A DNA stretch of 61,223 bases. It comes from an uncultured Pseudomonadales bacterium. Its GTDB lineage: Bacteria; Patescibacteriota; Microgenomatia; UBA1400; PJMF01. Shown piece after piece: positions 57,697 to 61,223 of this stretch. The notes beneath the pieces were generated by a model. That model worked only from the letters and a program-made list of their open reading frames with translations, was not told the DNA's origin and ran no database searches. Every line of letters begins with the position of its first letter. Position 1 is the stretch's first letter. The stretch lies in the NCBI GenBank assembly GCA_964620965.1, contig CAZUHV010000001.1:20839-82061 (forward strand), read 5' to 3'. Both the position numbers and the translations under genes were made by a program.

Positions 57697-58377
57697 TCAG
57701 GTTTCTTTAATAGGTTGATATTCATCTTCTGAAAATCCAAATGTCCACGCAACTGCTTCTTTAGCTGTCTTAATTTTAGGTGGTACTCTTAAAAAGTATT
57801 TTCTAGTAGTTGAAGCATCTTTTACATAAACAGCAACTATGTCTTCGTCTGGACTTGGAACATTTATTTTAACTAATTTCCCAAAACTGCTTTCGTCTAA
57901 TACCTCTGGTTTTGCTTTCTTAATAAACTTCTCAAGACCAACATATTCGATAACCGCCCTGCGTATTTCAGCATTAGGTAATCCGATTATGTCTTTTGCT
58001 TCAAATTTTCCAGTCTTAAAAATTCCGTATAAAATATTACTCATTTCAATTAATTCAGGAAGCCATGTTTTATAAACATAATAATCATTTGCTATTAACT
58101 TGACTTCTCCAGTCAAAATAATTTTAGTATCTGCTTCTGGATTCTCTGGACTATTACAACTACATCCACTCTGACTACAAGTTATCAACTCTCCAGAATC
58201 GTTTATTCCAACATCAAATTGATTCCATTCGTAACCACCACCATTTTCTCCCTGATCTTCAACCATCCAAAACTCTCTACTCTTATTTCCAGTATTAAGT
58301 TGTTTGAATTTCTTTGACAGGTACTTTAGTTTTTTTACTGTTTCTTCTGGTATTATTTGTTCGTTAGTCTTTGACAT
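57697..58377 (-). CDS. DUF6745-like protein, copy 2
   Basis: C-terminus NAEIRRAVIEYVG...VKDASTTRKYFLRVPP...AKEAVAWTFG. N-terminal SQSGCSCNSP motif. Confidence 0.6.
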   Translation of the reverse strand: MSKTNEQIIPEETVKKLKYLSKKFKQLNTGNKSREFWMVEDQGENGGGYEWNQFDVGINDSGELITCSQSGCSCNSPENPEADTKIILTGEVKLIANDYYVYKTWLPELIEMSNILYGIFKTGKFEAKDIIGLPNAEIRRAVIEYVGLEKFIKKAKPEVLDESSFGKLVKINVPSPDEDIVAVYVKDASTTRKYFLRVPPKIKTAKEAVAWTFGFSEDEYQPIKET

Positions 58378-58669
58378 ACACAATCTCCTTTGGGGTATAT
58401 TCTCTTTGTCTTACTACTACATATTTACCGATCTCTAGGTTAATTGTTCCATGTTCTTCGTGAACAATTTTACATTCATCTTTTATATCAAGAAAAATTG
58501 CATTGTTACCATTTCTATAAAGATCAAAATTACCAACCAGTTTGTGGTTATGACCAGTTGCTTCTCCTCTAAGTAAAATAGCTTCATTATCCTCAGTGAA
58601 TGACTTAACTATTCTCTCGTTTGGAAAATCGCTTATTCTGTTTATTAGTAAATCCCCTTGTCTGTACAT
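58364..58669 (-). CDS. Small His-rich beta protein, copy 2 (RQGD...HxH...HEEH...RQRE)
   Basis: MYRQGDL, GEATGHNH, HEEHG and YVVVRQREY. Confidence 0.65.
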   Translation of the reverse strand: MYRQGDLLINRISDFPNERIVKSFTEDNEAILLRGEATGHNHKLVGNFDLYRNGNNAIFLDIKDECKIVHEEHGTINLEIGKYVVVRQREYTPKEIVYVKD

Positions 58670-58686
58670 ATATATTGTTTCTTTCT

Positions 58687-58950
58687 TTATTTACTTTCTT
58701 CCCTTTGTAGTAATTTTGCTATTTCTATTAACCAATTTTTTCCAAGACCGATTCTTGTGTTAATATCCATTTTTTTATACAGATTATTTGCTCTTTTAAG
58801 ATAGTCTAGTACTTTTTCATCTAGTGTTTGTTTATTATCTTCGTTAATTTCCTCATTATTACTTCCATGAGCTGTTCCAAGTGGATATTCAACGCATGTT
58901 TTGCTTGTTTTGCAAATATGGCAATAATCTATTATTTTTTTATGGTTCAT
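58687..58950 (-). CDS. Hypothetical phage protein
   Basis: CHIC...C N-terminus. Confidence 0.55.
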   Translation of the reverse strand: MNHKKIIDYCHICKTSKTCVEYPLGTAHGSNNEEINEDNKQTLDEKVLDYLKRANNLYKKMDINTRIGLGKNWLIEIAKLLQREESK

Positions 58951-58974
58951 AATTTACTTTCTATTGTGTATTAC

Positions 58975-59427
58975 TTAAAACAGTTCCAACTGTCTTGGAC
59001 TAATACTTGCTTTTAATTTAATTTGAATTTGGTTGCCAGCATCTGTTTCAACAATTGTTGAATTTGTCATTGAATAATAACTCATCAAATAATTTGATAG
59101 AGTTTCAGCAACCTCTTTTTCTTCTTCAATTATTTCGTGTTTTTTAGCTTTTAAACTAACAGCTTGTGCAGTATTTTTTATAACAGCTCTTCTTTCTTTT
59201 ACTGCTTGTTTAGAGGCTTCTGCAATTTCTTGAACTTCTCTATATTTAAAATCATTTTCTAATAAACTTTTTTCTTGCTCAGTAATTAGTTTTTTTTCAA
59301 ATTTCAACCTTTTTAACTCAGAAGCATTTCTTACAATTAATTCCTGAAGCGATATTATTGTTTCAGCAACATTGTCATTCACTGTCTCTACTAAAGCTGG
59401 TGGAGTTATGTTTTGCATAGTTTTCAT
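58975..59427 (-). CDS. Coiled-coil phage protein (Gam/Gp157-like appearance)
   Basis: Long helix followed by a short beta C-terminus. Confidence 0.45.
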   Translation of the reverse strand: MKTMQNITPPALVETVNDNVAETIISLQELIVRNASELKRLKFEKKLITEQEKSLLENDFKYREVQEIAEASKQAVKERRAVIKNTAQAVSLKAKKHEIIEEEKEVAETLSNYLMSYYSMTNSTIVETDAGNQIQIKLKASISPRQLELF

Positions 59428-59633
59428 TATTTTTGTTCCTTTTCTAATTTAAATTTCCTTAATTTTTCTAAATTAAATCCATGTTTGACTGTCCTACTGT
59501 GAAGTATCCAAACAAGCTGTCTTGAAGAGCCTAAAATGTCTCCTATTTTGTTAAACGATAAACCCTGATTTCTTAACTCAAGTATTTTTATTCTTTTATC
59601 AATATCCATCTGTTTTGTGTGTCCATGTTTCAT
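59427..59633 (-). CDS. Small HTH DNA-binding protein
   Basis: ILELRNQGLSFNKIGDILGSSRQLV. Confidence 0.75.
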   Translation of the reverse strand: MKHGHTKQMDIDKRIKILELRNQGLSFNKIGDILGSSRQLVWILHSRTVKHGFNLEKLRKFKLEKEQK

Positions 59634-59635
59634 TT

Positions 59636-60028
59636 TTATCTCCCTAATTGGGTTCGTTTACTATATTGCAATTCATGTAGCCAACCACCCTCTTTAGCTA
59701 GTTGCATTAAATAAATTAAATCTTTAAGTTCTAACAATGCATATGGTTCTTTTTGAAAGTTCTTACTCATGACTACAACTGGTATCTCATTAATTTTCGC
59801 CCCATACTTTGCTTGATTCATATATTGTTCTACTTGCCACTTCTCTTGGTTCTTACACTCAAAGGAAATAGGCAAATTTGTTAATATATCAGATTTTAAT
59901 GTTTCTAGTGCTCCACTTGCAGGCATACGATAAGCCCCCTTATCTAGACCTGATTCTCTGAGTCTTTTAGCTAACTCAGTTTCGAGTCTAATACCCTTTG
60001 CTTTCTTTGAACTATTAGTCTTTGCCAT
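59636..60028 (-). CDS. PD-(D/E)xK nuclease, Hjc-like Holliday junction resolvase
   Basis: KAKG..LE..LA..L, PASGA, SDI and FECK motifs. Confidence 0.8.
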   Translation of the reverse strand: MAKTNSSKKAKGIRLETELAKRLRESGLDKGAYRMPASGALETLKSDILTNLPISFECKNQEKWQVEQYMNQAKYGAKINEIPVVVMSKNFQKEPYALLELKDLIYLMQLAKEGGWLHELQYSKRTQLGR

Positions 60029-60030
60029 AT

Positions 60031-60375
60031 TTAATCAACAACCTCAAACATACCTTCGTGTCCGTCCTCCATTTGAACTCGAACTTCATAGTATCCTGCC
60101 TCTATAAGTGCTTGTTTTAAATTACCTCCCTTAACAACTTGACCATGTTCTTCGTGAGTTAAATAAGCTCCTTTTTTAGCTTCTAAATAACCCAAGATGT
60201 TTTCTCCTGTTCTATGAGGATAGAACTTGCCATTTACAATTGAGTGTGGATGTCCATGTGAGCCCCCATGTACTTCTAATTGTCCTTTGGCTTGTACTTC
60301 GTTTGGGATTTCATCACATGGAATAAATACAACGTCTCCATGACGAACTGCTGTTTTTTCTATTAAATAGTTCAT
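60031..60375 (-). CDS. Small His-rich beta protein, copy 1
   Basis: RHGDV, GGSHGHPH, HEEHG and YEVRVQME; homologous to 58364-58669. Confidence 0.65.
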   Translation of the reverse strand: MNYLIEKTAVRHGDVVFIPCDEIPNEVQAKGQLEVHGGSHGHPHSIVNGKFYPHRTGENILGYLEAKKGAYLTHEEHGQVVKGGNLKQALIEAGYYEVRVQMEDGHEGMFEVVD

Positions 60376-60376
60376 A

Positions 60377-61222
60377 TTAAAATTCCTTTCCTATTTTTAT
60401 ACCTTTTGGAAGTCTGAAGCTGTTATTTTTTGCCTCAAAACAATCTGTAATATTTGTTCCTGAAATTTCGTGAAAGTATTCGCGTTTAGTGCTTGGGCAA
60501 AACCAATTTACATATCTAAATGGTTTGTCAAATCCATTTACTTCAAACTCAATAATTTTCATTGGATTACCATAGCCATCATCGCTAACCTGATCTATGA
60601 CTTTATAGTCAAGTTCAAGCATTTTTGATTTATCCATGTTTTCGTATGCAACACGTCTTTGCTCTACATTTTTTATAGACAAAATTTCACTAGCTCTAAC
60701 TTCTGGATCAGTTACTTTTTCAAATAGTTCTTTATTAAATGAGACTCCGTTTATAAAGTAAAGACCATAACCATCTAACCATTCTATAGCCATTCCATTT
60801 GTTGAATGTAGTCTATTCCTATCATCTCTTTTTATTGAAGTAGGCATGTCTGAAACAAATACTATTTTTTCAAACTGAACCATGTCGTATATTCCAGATT
60901 TTAGTAAATAGATGAATTTATTTAAGTTATTAAGATTTTCTTTTTTATAATTGACCTTGTTTTTAAAGAAATCATAAAATGAAACCCATCCATAATCATA
61001 AATAGATCCATAAGAACAAAATCCGAAAAATTCCATTTTGTTTTCTTCAATTTCTTTTTCGACTTGAGCCCAGACTTGAGCCCAGACTTGAGCCCCGACT
61101 TGAGCCCCGACTTGAGCCCTGACTTGATCCCCGACTTGAGCCCTGACTTGATCCCCGACTTGATCCCCGACTTGAGCCCTGACTTGATCCCCGACTTGAT
61201 CCCCGACTTGAGCCCTGACTTG
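60377..61222 (-). CDS. DUF6745-like protein, copy 1, 5'-truncated, with an xxQV tetrapeptide array
   Basis: Frame is open to the window end. [32 protein letters not shown] and CPSTKREYF motifs. Confidence 0.7.
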   Translation of the reverse strand, partial: QVRAQVGDQVGDQVRAQVGDQVGDQVRAQVGDQVRAQVGAQVGAQVWAQVWAQVEKEIEENKMEFFGFCSYGSIYDYGWVSFYDFFKNKVNYKKENLNNLNKFIYLLKSGIYDMVQFEKIVFVSDMPTSIKRDDRNRLHSTNGMAIEWLDGYGLYFINGVSFNKELFEKVTDPEVRASEILSIKNVEQRRVAYENMDKSKMLELDYKVIDQVSDDGYGNPMKIIEFEVNGFDKPFRYVNWFCPSTKREYFHEISGTNITDCFEAKNNSFRLPKGIKIGKEF

Positions 61223-61223
61223 A
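61061..61223. repeat. 12-nt in-frame tandem repeat (13 full units plus a partial one; runs off the window)
   Basis: Units GACTTGA(G/T)CCC(A/C/T), encoding [16 protein letters not shown] on the minus strand. Confidence 0.95.

Larger units (their letters stand above)
28474..61223. mobile_element. Prophage region, podovirus-like; left end uncertain (28.47 kb or 30.37-30.55 kb), right end beyond window
   Basis: Integrase plus co-oriented terminase, portal, scaffold, capsid, tail and lysis genes, contiguous with housekeeping genes. No tape-measure or tail-tube gene recognised. Confidence 0.88.

Noticed and set aside
1586-59016. Numerous 60-120 aa ORFs antisense to or nested in long genes (e.g. 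1586, 20036, 21354, 31039, 41336, 45538, 50970, 53865)
   Set aside because: They are shadows of well-supported genes, with no motifs or ribosome-binding sites.
61061-61223. Tandem repeat as a CRISPR array
   Set aside because: The units are 12 nt, adjacent and spacer-free, lie in frame within a CDS, and no cas genes are present.
30657-61223. Stop-codon recoding in the phage
   Set aside because: Genes are full length and densely packed in the standard code, and stops overlap downstream starts normally.

Overview
The left ~28 kb is AT-rich bacterial chromosome with a small-genome gene set (LCP, rmlBCD, trmD, gltX, ybeY, dnaX, ybaB, rdgB, M29 aminopeptidase, typA, glgP, CPA2 antiporter, corA, GT-C, a small detox/house-cleaning operon, and a dinB cassette). 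By inference the host is a Patescibacteria/CPR (Microgenomates-like) organism. From ~28.5 kb lies a tyrosine integrase, two tiny paralogous ORFs, a ~385-nt densely base-paired non-coding region, and an 82-nt tRNA with a tRNA-Leu body but a CCA (Trp) anticodon; this ~2-kb unit is bracketed by an imperfect 20-bp direct repeat. From 30.66 kb to the window end is a short-tailed (podovirus-like) prophage read on the minus strand: early genes, terminase, portal, scaffold, capsid, methyltransferase plus glycosyltransferase, adaptor, nozzle, three ejection-type proteins, an opposite-strand two-gene moron, fibres and lysis genes. It is truncated at the right edge inside a 12-nt tandem repeat. No CRISPR array, rRNA, IS element or reverse transcriptase was seen. 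All family calls are from motif recognition by eye, with no database searches.
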